Positions 37,564 through 51,968 of a stretch of DNA of 64,000 nt are shown in pieces. Numbering within the stretch: the stretch's first letter is position 1; each line of letters begins with the position of its first letter. The position numbers were made by a program, and so were the translations under genes. This DNA comes from Azolla caroliniana (taxonomy: Eukaryota; Plantae; Polypodiophyta), in contig JBHGNT010000001.1 of NCBI GenBank assembly GCA_043228905.1, positions 18,600,001-18,664,000 on the forward strand. The letters are read 5' to 3'. The notes below the pieces were generated by a model. That model did no database searches. It worked only from the letters and a program-made list of their open reading frames with translations, and was not told the DNA's origin.

Positions 37564-38320
37564 GGCTTGTTTCATTGATGGGGTGAATGTACAAGATTTT
37601 TGCCAAAATGATGGTGTATAGATTGCATAAGGTTTATTCATAATGAAATCTAGAAGGTTGATGGTCAAGAAGGACTAGTACATTGTGGTATGATTTGTTG
37701 TCACCTTGGATATCCAATTGGGGTGGAAGTTTCTTATATGAAACTTATTGAGTAGGTATCCAAAAGATTGGAGAATAAATTTATGTATTAGAGGTCTCAA
37801 TTCTAACCTTTTCATGTATGGCTCTTGAGGTGGTCCAATCGATGATGATCTCTATAGTATCTTATTATCTTCCATGGTCGAAGAAAGCTCTTGAAATGGT
37901 GTCACACTCAATGTAGATGTTGTTATGGAAGAGAAAAAGGGGAATTTTTCATGTCCTGGTTGGCATGGGATCATGTTTGTAATCCGAAGCATCTTGGTGG
38001 GGCATCAATATTCAATTTATATGAGCATATGGCAGCTCTTCAATTTATGTTTGATGGTGTACAACCTTGGACAGGAATGGTGGCATACTTTATATAGGAG
38101 ACATGAATTCAACTTAGAAACATGAGGGTTGAAAGGGATGTCAAATGTGCAGGGTCCATAATAGTTAATCTTTTGTTGACATCATGGCAAAGTATGTTGG
38201 ATTTTGTGTAATGAAACCCTCCAAAAGAAAGGGGATGTGCCAATTCATTACAAATGGAAGTTTTGGTGACATCAAGGTTGCTAAGGTGGGAAGACAAACA
38301 ACTTTTTAACCTTTTGGATA
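37400..38320 (+). mobile_element. Degenerate L1-type LINE 3' fragment
   Basis: WLAWDHVCNPKHLGGAS, homologous to WLAWDHICTPKWLGGAA at ~44580. Confidence 0.7.
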
Positions 38321-38382
38321 GCTAGATTGGGATCAGTAACAATCAAGGATACTATTTTGGTCTCACAAAAGAAGATTACTAT

Positions 38383-38384
<2 letters not shown>

Positions 38385-38420
<36 letters not shown>
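38385..38420. repeat. (GA)n microsatellite
   Basis: Read directly from the sequence. Confidence 0.95.
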
Positions 38421-38423
<3 letters not shown>

Positions 38424-38425
38424 AA

Positions 38426-38497
38426 ATGGATGTAGCTCAGTTGGTAAGGTTGCCCAATGGAGATCGGGTGGTCATGGGTTCAACCCCTACATTCCAC
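38426..38497 (+). mobile_element. tRNA-derived SINE-like element or tRNA pseudogene
   Basis: A box TAGCTCAGTTGG (38433), B box GGTTCAACCCC (38477), acceptor-like pairing tggatgtag/ctacattcca; no valid anticodon arm. Confidence 0.6.
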
Positions 38498-41294
38498 AGT
38501 GGCATCTAGTGAATTAATAGAGAGGTGAGAAAGTTGGGTTTTGAACCCACAACACAGTGCTTGTAGTGCTAACAACTTACCACTAGGGTAAGGTAATTAC
38601 GAAAGAGGGTGAGAGTGAGAGTGAGAGTGAGTGAGTGTGTGTGTGCATGCCAAAACGTTGGTAATCCAATTTACCGCAAAGGCCCATACACGATCCCCAA
38701 CATGGAACTTTTTGGAGGAGTCTAGGCGATGACAATCCACAAGCCTCTTGTGTGTAACTTGAGCATCTTGAAAATTGTGGAGAATGGTAGTGTGAATTTG
38801 TTGGAGGTGACCAAGACGATCCTCAACAACAAGGTTGGTAGGAAAGTCTAGATGCACATTCATCGTCCACCGAGGATGACAACCCGTATTTGCGAAAAAT
38901 GGGGAATATCCTATAGAAGAATGGACTGAGTTATTGTTAGCAAATTCAGCCAAGTGCAAAAAATCAACCCAATCATCTTGTTGGTAGTTGATGAAACAAC
39001 GAAGATATTGTCCAAAGTCTAGTTGGTATGCTTAGTTTGGCCATTAGTCTCTGAATAATAGCTCGAAGAAAGCTTAGCTGAAATTCGAAGAAGTTTGAAC
39101 ATGTGCTTCCAAAACTTTGAGATTAGTTGTGGACCAAGACCACTAATAATATCATCCAGAAGACCATGATGCTTAAATACCTCCCGCATAACTAGATCGA
39201 CCACCTCTTGACTACTAATAGACTTCATACATGGCAAGAAATGTGTCATTTTGGTAAGTCGATCAACCACCATGAGAATTGCATCAAAACCTTTTGAAAC
39301 GTGAAGATCAGTAATGAAATCCAAGGATATAGATGTCCAAGGATTTTACGGAATGGGAAGTGTTTTCCAAATAGATGATCAAACAAGAGATCTTGGAATA
39401 TATCATTTTCCATGTGCCGGAAGACTGTTGGCCCATTGGTAAGGCCGAATGGCATAACCGTATTCCTGATGGTGACCTTATTCAACCCACAATAATCGCC
39501 GACGAGACAAAGTGATCCATCCTTTTTCTTGACAAATAAAATGGGTGCGCTGACTGGAGATTTTGAATGTCGAATGAACCTGTTTGCCAAATTCTCCTCT
39601 ATGTAGGCTTGAAGGATTTCTAGCTCTCAGTTGGTCACAACTTATAGATCGGTCCCCATGGTGTCTCTTTTCTTGGTTGTAAATCAATGGGACAATCATA
39701 TGGTCGATGGTGAGGAAGAGTATTGGCTTGTACCTTATCAAACACATTGACATAATCACGATACTTCTCTGGAAGTTGAACGATGGATTCCTCTTTAGTG
39801 GTGCTGGAAGATTTCACTGTTACTGCGAATACAAACATTGATTCCTTGCATCCTTCCTCACGCAGTTGTAGTGAAATGGTTGGAACCTTATGAGTAGATT
39901 CTCAAGGTTATCGATATCGGATTTGTCTTGTTCTCCAATCTATGTCTAGATTGTGTAACTCGAATCATGGTAACCCCAAAACAATGGGATGTTCTGGACT
40001 ACTAATTATATTGAATGATACTACACATACCAAATTGTTTAGGACAACATTAATTGGCTCTTACTCTTCTACGATATTTTCGGAAGCAATGGGGCGACCA
40101 TCAATGACTACTATAGAGGCTGGGCAAGGGAGTTTTCTTAAGAATATTTGATGAGCTTGGGCAAAATTCTTATAAATGACGCAAGAATTAGTTGCGGAAA
40201 CTAGAAGTGCTAAGACATGTGTACTGGAGGAGTACTTTTAGTACTAATTGTTACTTGAGCTAGGAAGACATTGCTAACTTGCTTAGAGGGAATGAAACCA
40301 CTAATGGGCTGCACAGATCTAGGGTTGTGTTCTTCTAGTTGACTAAGGACTTCAAATTTGTTTGATAAGCTTGGGCTATTAGAACTATCAAACACTCATA
40401 ATGAAACATACTCGGGCTTAATACTATTAGTACTAGCAACTATTTGATTTACCTGTCTTCTTGGCCTATGGGGACAATTTATTGCAATATGCCCCAATCC
40501 ACCACAATAAAGACATAGTCGATTTGCTTGACATTGTTGCTTTTCCCCTTACGATAACGGTCCGCGATGATGTGTAGTGTCGATTTCCATCGGGGTTGGA
40601 TTATTTGCTGGAGACGCATTATATGACTCCCTTGCAAATGGTTTTGCTACGGCTCAGGCATATGTGGGGTCCGCTCTTGTTCTTGGCATTTGTAATTGAC
40701 GTTTCGAACGTCGTTCGAAAAGTTTGTTATCGCAACGTACCGCTCGACTGATTGCCTTTATGAGTGACTTTGGTTCTTCAGGAAAAGTCATGAGTAAATC
40801 TTTGACATCATTTCGAAGGCCATATCGAAACTGCTCCATCAATGCTAGATCATCCCAAGGAATATCAATGACGAGTAGGCGAAAATCTGCAACATAGGCT
40901 AAGGTTGGACGCAATCTTTAGATTTTATTGATTGTCATCCTAATGCTATCAGTGTCCCCAAAGCAAGCTTTAAACTCACTAATAAATTCCTCAAAATTAT
41001 TTAACAATGGAGATCTTTGTTCTAATAAAGGTGCAAACCATGCCAAAGTTGAGCTACTAAGCAACGTGCCTACTAATCCCACTCGTGATGCAGTGGGATA
41101 TCGAGAAGGATTCATTTGAACCATGAGATGTACCTGATTAAGGAATCCTCTGAATTGTGATCGTGTTCCGTCGAATTTCGTAGGAAGACCGATCTTGGAT
41201 TCTTTATGTACTTGGTCCCTGTTGTTGTAAGGACACAATGGTTGCTTCAAGTTGTTGTACACGTAACACCAACTCTCCGTGTTGTTGTTGTGTT

Positions 41295-41605
41295 TAGCAA
41301 TGTGCCCGGTTTCAGCTCAAACCGAACTGACTCGTTAAACCATGGCTTAACGGTTTATTGGTTCCAAGATAAATAAACCGTTTGGTTTGGTTTTGAATTT
41401 TATGGTTTATTGGTTTAAAGGTTAATAGGTTAAAAAAAATTCTTAAATTTTTATCTCTAGGCTCTAACTTTCAACTTTTAATTTTAAACCTCTAGGCTCT
41501 AACTTATTAAATTTTATATGCAAACCAGTTTGGTTTGGTTCTAAATTTCCCATAAACGGTTTGGTTTGGTTTCAAGGCCAAGAAACTGAACCGGGCCCAT
41601 TGTTA
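41295..41605. mobile_element. hAT-type MITE inserted in Gypsy gag
   Basis: TIRs TAGCAATGTGCCCGGTT / AACCGGGCCCATTGTTA; 8-bp TSD gttgtgtt vs gttgcatt; aaaccg motifs. Confidence 0.85.
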
Positions 41606-41730
41606 GTTGCATTTGCTGCTTCTCTAGAGAGATTTGTTGAAGATCCCCCAACAACCATTGATTTTCTTGTTCTAGTGCTAGGAACTTTTCTTTCAAGCAC
41701 TACAGCTCTAAGAGAACAGATTGGTATTCT

Positions 41731-41900
41731 TGAGTGCTAACAAATTCCATAGTATTGGAGGAAGGAAGGATAAGAAGATTTGTATAAAAGGAATGAGGAA
41801 TATGAAGATGAGAACTTGAGCGCTAACAAATTCCATAGTATTGGAGGAAGGAAGGATAAGAAGATTTGTATGAAGGGAATGAGGGATATGAAGATGAGAA
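41731..41900. repeat. 86-bp tandem duplication
   Basis: tgagtgctaacaaattccatagtattggagg...gatgagaac occurs twice. Confidence 0.9.
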
Positions 41901-42230
41901 CGGCGCAATTCGGTTCAAACTATCAGGAATAATACTAAGACAGAGAGGGAATTAGTACTAGAGATAGGCAACAAGGAGCTATAGAATGGCGTTGAACCAA
42001 TTTGGTTTTGGGATGATTTATAGATCTCTATTTATAAGCCCCTATAGAGTATTCTAGAAGGTTCTAGAATATAGAGTAATCTAGAAGGTTTACAAAGTAT
42101 TCTAGAAGGTTCTAGTATATAAAACACTCTAGAATATTCTAGGACATTCTAGAATGTAGAGTAATCTAGAATATTCTTATGATATTACATTATATATTCT
42201 AAAAACTATACATATAAACATATCATTACA

Positions 42231-42300
42231 ATGGTTAAGGATTTGACATGTGTATAACAAGGCTATGGGTTCAAATCCTTTGAAGACATCATGTGAGTGT
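42231..42300 (+). mobile_element. SINE-like remnant (related copy at ~44885-44935)
   Basis: atggttaagg...atgggttcaaatcctt; A/B-box-like, with atgggttcaaatcctt shared between the copies. Confidence 0.45.
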
Positions 42301-42419
42301 CATGATGACACTTTGTGTTGGTTGACTAAAACAACGTGGATGAGGCTAGCATTTCAATAATCCGTGAAGAATTGGCTGAAGATTTCCATGAACTAGCAAA
42401 CCGACATACAACCAAAATT

Positions 42420-44880
42420 ACAAAACTAAAACGATGGGGAAAAACATTTTAATGTTTGTTGTGAGGAAGCACAATCAACTTCTATGCATTCTATAATGAA
42501 AAGATCTGAAACTCAATCTTGGGAGCAATTAGAAATGGATGTTCTACATTGTGATGTGTGGCCTTGGATTCATGGTGATGAGCCAGGTTATACTTTTCGA
42601 TCAGCACAATACACATCTACTTGGAGTAGGTTAGATCGTATTTATATTATGCATACTGATTCTTTCTTGCCAGAGATTTTGGATATTTCCATTTCTCATG
42701 ATTTGGTTCTTTCGGATCATTTTCCATTAGTGTTTGATTTTGCGCATCAATTAGTTGATCAATTGAAATATTTCTTAAGACAATCTCCTCTTCGTTTTAA
42801 TTCATCTTTTTAAAACCATGAAGTATTTCATGGTTACATGTTTCAATTGATTGAGAAATTCAATTTACATGTTCAAGATGTTGGATTTGAGGCTTGGGAT
42901 GTATTTGTTGTAAATGTGCAAAAGCTATCTAAATTTTATTGTATGTATAATGCCTTTAAGAGAAGAAGAAAAATAAAGGCTTTGGCTACATTGTTGGGAC
43001 GATGTAATGCATTACTAAGTTATTGGCTAATGGATGAGCAATTATTGGATATTCACAAAATATTATCAACCTCGTTATGTGATATGAAGGTTAAGAGTTA
43101 TCAACAACCTAGACTACATAAGTTGAGACAAGAAGTGGATGATTGTAATTGTCAATCACACAATTTCTTTCATGCCCTTCATGAATCACATGCGAGGTAT
43201 AATGTGGTGCGGTTACAAGAAAATGGGAGGATGATTATGGATCCTCATATGATTGTGACAAAATGTGTGGATTATTATAAGCAATTGTTAGATGTAGAAA
43301 CTCATGTTGATGAAACTGTTAATTATGCTCGAGAGGTGTCCTTGAAGGAAGTTACAAATCATGTATAAATAGAGGTTTCTAATGTTTTAGATACCGATAT
43401 ATCAAAGGTTGAGGTAGAAAATGTGATTTCTCATCTTGTGAATGGAAAGAGTCCTGGTTAGGATGGTTTAACAAATAATTCTTTAAGAAATATAATACAC
43501 ACTTGAAGAGGTCCTTTGCAATTCTATTCCAGAATGTTTGGTCCACAGGGCACATACCACAATCTTGGAAGATTGGTTTAAAAAAACTGTTACCTAAAGT
43601 GCCATCTCTAGTGTCCTTTGCTCAATGCCATATCTTTGATGGGGGGGATTTATAAAATTTTCACAAAGATTTTGGCTAATAGATTACATACAATATTGCC
43701 AACTATTATCCATAATGCTCAATATGGTTTTTTGGCCAACAGAGATATTTTGCATAATATTTTAAATGTTCAGATGGCAATAGATTTTGCTGTGGAAACT
43801 AAACAAGAGATTGTGATGTTGCAATTGGATCTAGAGAAGGCATGCGATCATGTTAATTGGTCCTTTTTATGTCAGGTGATGCATCAAATGGGGTTTGGTG
43901 ATCGTATGTCAAATTTGATATATACATTGGGGGATGCTTCAATGGAGGAGTAACACAACCTATTTCGGTGAGAATGTCAGTTAGACAAGGGTGCCCCCTT
44001 AGTCCACTTTTGTTTACTATTTTCACTCATTCTATACTTGTTAAGCTACATAATATGACGGTGGATGGAGATTTGGTTGGGTTAAGATTGCCATCTGGGA
44101 GACAGTGTATTGCTCAAGCGCTAGCAGATGATCATTTTATGTTTTTGGGAGCTACCTGTAATAATGTTACAAAGGCTACAAACAAAGGTTTGGGAATTGT
44201 TTTCTCTTGCATCAGGATTAAATATTAATATGCATAAATCAGTTCTTATTTCATGTACTGAGCAAAATATATTGGAGCTTGGCTGGTCAGGAAAGATTGT
44301 TAATCATGGGGAAATTTTTTGACACTTGGGTTACCCTATTAGAGTAGAAGTTTCATATGTTAAACTAGTTGGTTGGGTGTCGAGAAAGATTGCAAATAAG
44401 TTCATCTATTAGAGATCTCAGTCATGGCCATTTCATATAAGGGTTAAAGTTGTGCAATCCATTATGATACCCATGGTTTCTTATTATCTTCCATTGTTGC
44501 CCTGGTCTAAGAAGGCTGTTGAAAAGGTTACCCAATCCATGCGTTCATTATTATGGGAGAAAAAAGGGAAACATGGCATTTCTTGGTTGGCATGGGATCA
44601 TATTTGTACTCCAAAATGGCTTGGTGGAGCAGCATTATTGAATGTATATGAGTATATGGTAGCTCAGAGGTTTTCATTACTCATTTCTATGTTTGCAAAC
44701 ACACAACCATGGATAGAAATGGTGATTTTCTTTATTTAGAGAATTGGCATCAAGTTTGGCAAAGTAAGAGTAGAAACACATTGGTGGAATGTAGTCAACT
44801 CCAAAAGGCAAGTGAAGTGTTCAATGTCTTGGGTTGTTAATCAATTATTATCATCTTGGCAGAATGTGTTAGAATCAAGA
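42420..44880 (+). mobile_element. Degenerate L1-clade LINE ORF2
   Basis: Endonuclease YTF...SRLDRIY...SDHFP; RT YKIFTKILANRL, QYGFL, LDLEKA, VRQGCPLSPLLF, LADD; WDHICTPK.LGG. Confidence 0.9.
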
Positions 44881-44979
44881 TGCTTTAACCCATGTGACAC
44901 AAGATCATGGGTTCAAATCCTTTTGAAGCCATACCATGCGCCATAGCATGCTATATCATGACATCGACATGCTATTAGA

Positions 44980-46990
44980 TGGATGGAGATATTTTTTTGA
45001 AGCAATGTGATGTTATGATGTTATGCCCACCACTGGAAGATTACATTTGTTAGATAACTTCACTCGTCGTGAGGTGTACCAACTGTATAAGGATGTCGTG
45101 TTATTAGAAAGTGTACCTTACATACAATATCAGCATTTTAATCGATTATGGAGTTTGAAGTTTAACAATGTGGTCATACCCTGTAAGGTTCTTCTGTATG
45201 TGCAAGTTAAAAAAGCATGGCAAAGAGTGAGACAACAGATGAAGAAATAAACAATTATAAGAATTTATTAAAAGAACATCGATAAATCCAAGCATTGGAA
45301 AGATAAAGCTATGCACCATCGTCAAAAAGCGCTTCAATCACCGGAAAGGTATAAGTGCTTGATTATAGATGGGATGGATTAGAAGAAAACTTGTTTGCCA
45401 CACTTTTGAAGGTTGCCCAAGGATATTGGAGATGAATGCCTAGTGCAAATGCACTTAGTAGGTTGTATTATATATTGTCAGAAAATAAGGCCTCAAGTGT
45501 TCCTAACTTATCCAAATATCCACGACGACCCTAATCTTATAGTAACAGCCATGCAAAGTGTTTTGCAGACTTAGCAAGGTATTCTCCCGTCGGTACTATA
45601 CGTGCAAGTAGACAACACGACAAGAGAAAACAAGAACTCGATTTTGTTTGGTTATTTAAACATGTTAGTAGACATGGGTATTTACAAAAAGATTAAGGTC
45701 AACTTCTTACTAGTTGGTCGGTCACACACCATAGATCAAATATTTAGTAGGTTCTCCAGGAAATTAGCAAGATGTGATGCTTTCACACTTCCTATGCTGT
45801 CAAAGTTGATCACTGAAGCTTATACCCCAAAGCCAGATGTACACCATTTAGATTAAGTTTACAATTCTAAACACTTCTATGTGGATGGTGATGGGACTTG
45901 ATGTAGGGTTCTTGCTAAGCTTAATAATATAAGTTTTAACCACGTCTTCCTCATCCAAAAAAGTGTGGTCGGCAACAACCAAATGATGTTGTATGCCAAA
46001 CAATACTCATCTAGTTCGCAATGGGAGCCACAAGACGGATGTAGGCTCTTATTGCATTTCCTAGATGTAGTAATCTATGGTGCAAAACAAATGCCTTATG
46101 ATGACCACAAAAGATTGGCTATGGGTAGTTTGATTGAAGAGCAAAAGATATATTGGATGTGGTGCCTTGAGTAAAAACACAAAAATATTAAGCGAACCAA
46201 AAAGTACATTGGTGATCAGGATGTGGAATGGTGGGATAACTTCTTTAATCATCAACATACAATATTAGATAACCACTTTGCAAGGTTACTAGTCACTACA
46301 AAATCAATTCGAATAGAATATTAGTGACCCATCAATGGCGATCATGACTCGTTTACAACAACTAGATAATCTTAAATTGAATAATCTAGTTCGTCCACGA
46401 CAAAGAGATATTTACGTGGGACCAAGATTATCACATGCTGCTGAGGTGAGATGGCAAGGCAATCTACATGAGCTACAAGTTGGTATGTTGGTTGCAATAT
46501 TAGCTGAGGGTGATAGGTTGGGCCATCCCTTTTGGATTGCTTAAATCATTGAAATTATTATAGATGATGAAAGCAATTAAGTTCAATCCATTGTGGTTCA
46601 TTGGTATTATACCTTTTCCAAAGATGCATTTATTGGGAAGTACTCTTTAGAGATGGTTAAGGATGTTGGAGGCACAAGCAGAAAGCGGAGAAGAAAGAAT
46701 CTACCCAACACGTCTACTCTCAACTTGATAATGTCGACATACTCGTGTATGACTTCTCCTTGACCAAAACAGGCCATCTAAGACAGACTACAATCGAGAT
46801 AATAAAAGAGAAGATCCTAGATGTGCATGTTGACGCAACACAGAGACGAACAAGGAGTATGTCTCATTTTCACAATGACATTAGATTGCAATTGGATGAA
46901 GACAATGCATTGGCTGCTAGTGATGACGAGGATGAGACCTCACAAAGCTCTTCTAGTTCATCGGGTGGGTCTAAAGGGGAAGTTGTATCT
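44980..46990 (+). pseudogene. Sola-like (DUF7869-type) DDD transposase pseudogene
   Basis: CLIIDGMD*KKTCLPHF (~45355); YVQVDNTTRENKN; FLLVGRSHTIDQIFS (cf. GHTHxDIDQxFS); N-terminal VYQLY...FNRLW...VVIP. Confidence 0.75.
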
Positions 46991-47326
46991 CTGAGAAGTA
47001 ATGGTTCTCATATATGCAATGTAAATATTATATGTTATATCAATATGGCGACTCACAAATATATATAAATATAGGTGTTACACAGAGACGAACAAGGAGT
47101 ATGTCTCATTTTCATGATGACATTGGATTGCAATTGGATGAAGACAATGCATTGGTTGCTAGTGATGACGAGGATGAGACCTCACAAAGCTCTTCTAGTT
47201 CATCGGGTGGGTCTAAAGGGGAAGTCGTATCTTTGAGAAGTGATGGTTCTCATATATGTATGCAATGTAAATATTATATGTTATATCAATATGGCGACTC
47301 ACAAATATGTATAAATATAGGTGTTA
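46838..47326. repeat. ~242-bp tandem duplication at the transposase 3' end
   Basis: acacagagacgaacaaggag...ataggtgtta at 46838 and 47080. Confidence 0.95.
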
Positions 47327-47569
47327 GTCCTTTTGTAATTTTTGTATGTTCTCTTGTAAATTTCACGGGTCGATTATTTAGGCATTTTTCTGAAAGCCCT
47401 AATTTTTGGACATGGTATAAATCAATATATTTTGATTCAATTTCCAAAAACATTTACGCATGCGATGGTCCTTTTTTTGAAATGACCTACTTTGTGTCTT
47501 TTTTGGATGGACAGTTCTAAAATTGCGACATATTACCTATTTCAAATGACCCGGTGTTATTAACTAGTG

Positions 47570-49112
47570 ATCCAATTCTCCAACCACAATCTTCTTGATA
47601 GAGTACTTAGGAATTAAATATGCGACCTTGTGTTTCCGACCAAGGGAGATGACAACACAAATTTGGCATGGCCAATTACATCGGTCAAAGATAGAGAACA
47701 AAGATGGATGTTGTCTAGTCGACATAATACAGAACAATCTGCGAGGAGTAGACGACCACGCATGCGATTGGAAACTCGATGTGCGCAAGAGGAGAATTCG
47801 ACATATTCAGAGTATTTTGAATTTATTCAACAAGAGGCTGAAGAGGAACTATACGCAATTCCAGATTTGGAGACTACGACCGACAGTAGCTCGGATGACG
47901 GGATGTCCGACCAACACCTACAACTAATCAATTCGACAGAAGTTTTAGATTAAGTGGATACAATATTGTATCCCTATCCCAAATACAATGATGAAACAGA
48001 TGCAGAAGTGCATGTGTGTGCCTTATGACATGGCAAGCGTTGCAACCATGTCTCACAGAGATTATCACCAACCGACGTGGATGTGTCGAAAATTGTGGAA
48101 TTCGGATTGTCATTAGAAGGACAATAAGCCAACTGGTACTTGAAGCACGACTAGGGCAAGTACGAATATTTTAAACAACTCATTGACAAATTTGTCAGAC
48201 TATTTCACTAGGAGATCGCGTAACCAGAACTTATGAGCCAATTCTATGGGACCTATGAAAAAGCTCATGAAACAATTCCTCCATTCATTATTTGGTTTCA
48301 AAATCTTCCCCTCGCAAGGAAGATTTTGATGGACACCTTTTTGACGGCCCTCCAAGAGCCACTTTGGACGACTTTCTCAATTTCAAGGATGAATCACTAG
48401 AGCAGGTAATTGATAGAGTGCTCAAACTAGTAATAGCATGTCTATGGCTTCATTGCAAAAATCATTACCGAATCAGGAGGAATTAAGTTTCTGACAAGCA
48501 ATTCAATGTATGACTTGCTTGAACCCTGAGCATTCCACAATCGAATGCACACTACGCACACATTGCCCGATTTAACATTCGAAGGTGCACACTCTAGAAC
48601 AATGCGACGACACTATAAGAAGTCAACCTCGGGTCTGAATTCAAATCAAAACTGGTACACATTGCCAAAGAAGTCGAGCCGCTTATTAAAGGAATACAAA
48701 GACATCTTTGCATGGATGTATGAAATGACTAGATCTAGCATTATATCAACATCAGATTCATCTCCGTAAAGATGCTAAGCGGATCCAACAAAGACGATAT
48801 CGGATGAATCCTAATTATGCAATCAAAGTAAAGGAGGAAATCGACAAACTCCTAAGAGTCGGGTTCATTTAACCAATAAAAAGGTCCACATGGCTAAGCC
48901 CAATAGTTGTCGTTTCTAAAAAGAATGGAAAAATTAGGGTATGTGTTGATTATAGGAAACTAAATTCGGCAACAATTATTGATGCTTTTCCATTGCCGTT
49001 CACCGATAGCATGTTGGATGCAATCACAGGGGCATGAAATATATAGCTTTCTTGATGGGTTCAATGGCTATAATCAAATCAGAATGCACCCCGACAATTA
49101 GGAAAAGACAGT
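47570..49112 (+). mobile_element. Gypsy relic (Athila/Tat-like RT)
   Basis: IQQRRYRMNPNYAIKVKEEIDKLL...WLSPIVVV...RVCVDYRKLN...FPLPF...SFLDGFNGYNQI at ~48780-49100. The upstream part is weaker. Confidence 0.75.
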
Positions 49113-50280
49113 TGTTGGCATAAAAGGCCGACTCCTTCCAATTTGTATCCTAGTGTGAACTCGTCCAAAAGAGTTAGGGCTTAGTATATAAGCAATAACC
49201 TAACGGTGTAAAAGAGAGAGAAATTCTTGATCATCTTTTATAGCGATCTCTGAGTGAGAGTGAGAGTAAGAAAGAATGTAATATATCAAAGCTTCCATTA
49301 AAGCTTAGAACATGTCCATTCTTTGTTTATTATCTTTCCTTCCTTCTGTGTTGTTTGTTGAACTTTATGACAGATCCTCATACATACGTTTCCACACATA
49401 TTCGATCAAGAACTTGTATTAGAGCGATCCGTGGCTTGGTAGCAACAAACAGCAAAAAAAAAAGCTGAAAAGAAAAAGACCAAGTCAATAAAATCCCACT
49501 TTCAAAGAAGAACATGGCTTCAACATCCGGAAGAGGATTCAAAATCAAAAAATTCGATGGCAAAAACTTTCCCCTATGGAAGGAGATGATGCAGGACGTG
49601 CTGATCATCAGAAGACAAGTCGAAGCCATTTGACATAGTGAAAGACCTGCCTCGATGACAGCCAAAAGAGTGGAGATCTACAGATGAAATCGCACGCTCC
49701 ACCATCCGAATGCATTTGGCCGAATACATCTACTTCAGCATGGTAAAGGAGATGACAACATTCTCACTATGGGAGAAACTAGAAGCCGTGTACGAGAAAA
49801 AGTCCTCATCTTCAAAACTGATTTTGATCAAACAACTGTTCAACATGAAGATGAGAGAGACCGATCCACCTACCTCCCACATCAATACGTTCAGCCAGGT
49901 GTTGTCAGAACTCTCCTCACAAGGGATCAACTTCGAAGAAGAAGTCAAAGCTCTTGCCCTCCTATCAAGCTTGCCGGCGAGTTGGGAGGTATTTTGCACG
50001 ACATACGCCAATAGCCGACCAATCCTAAATCTGGATGAGACGATTGGCCAAGTCCTCACCGAGGACATTCGACGAAAATCGCTGGGACTCACCATTGACA
50101 AATCGGTAGAATCCCGCCACTCGATTGAGTCGATCAAGATAACAAACTGACAGAGCCGGCCGACACCATAGTTAATAAAAAACGAGGGGAGACCGACAAC
50201 AATTGAAGTCAAGAATGGGCTGATCAGGTGAATTCTGCAGACATTGCAGAAAAGTTGGCCACAATGTTTCCGATTGCTGG
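49113..50280 (+). mobile_element. Truncated Copia (LTR, degenerate PBS, gag)
   Basis: LTR TGTTGGCATAAAAGGCCG (49113-~49411), same family as 54811; PBS-like ttgtattagagc; gag KFDGKNF..WK, LWEKLE, LPASW. Confidence 0.85.
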
Positions 50281-50929
50281 TAAATATGTTGCATTCTCTT
50301 TTCTCACATCTTGGTGGGATGTTAAAAAATGCCTTATTTGAGCAGAATTTCAAAAAGGCACAACGCATGCATACATGGTTTCTTAAAACATACCAAAAAA
50401 TAGAACTAAATAATATCATAACAACAAAATCAATAGTCTTATATTCTATCTACCGTGTTTCTTATCCAAATCTTAGATAAGGTATGGAAGTTCATGCAAG
50501 TATAATTGTATCATGAGTCATTGTGCCTGTTACCGTACGAGATGTATGGAGATTTGAGGGTGAAAGATTACAATGTTGTTGTGTATGTGCAAATGTGCAC
50601 GAATACGAATGTAACTATGAGTGTGAGTATATGCGTAAGTGTGGGAACACGTACATGTGTGTGAACAGATAGGAAAGGGTATATGAGCGAGTGGTATGTG
50701 TGGATGGCTAAAGGGGTATGCACCCCTATGTATCTAACCCCCTCATTGCATTATTTTAACCCCCTTATGGGGAATGAATGAAATAATGAAGTATCTTTCT
50801 CTCTATTCTCTCTCTCTCTCTTTGACGTCTCTCTTTCTCTCTCTCTAGATGGAATGCAAGAAACTCTTGCTTCATGATGCACCACTAGATTCCTTTGTAA
50901 ATGAGGCCTTTTTGCAATGCCAATGTATC

Positions 50930-51968
<1,039 letters not shown>

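Larger units (their letters stand above)
38670..42230 (-). mobile_element. Decayed Ty3/Gypsy (Tcn1-like), minus strand
   Basis: gag KIGLPTKFDGTRSQFRGFLNQV; [41 protein letters not shown]; integrase MDFITDL, AEFANNNS. The ttctagaa-rich LTR starts TGTAATG at 42230. Internal deletions; 3' end missing. Confidence 0.85.

Noticed and set aside
38426-38497. Functional tRNA gene
   Set aside because: A and B boxes are present, but the anticodon arm does not pair and no poly-T terminator follows; treated as SINE or pseudogene.
49730-50419. 229-aa minus-strand ORF
   Set aside because: Mostly antisense to Copia gag and crosses an element boundary; no recognisable motifs.
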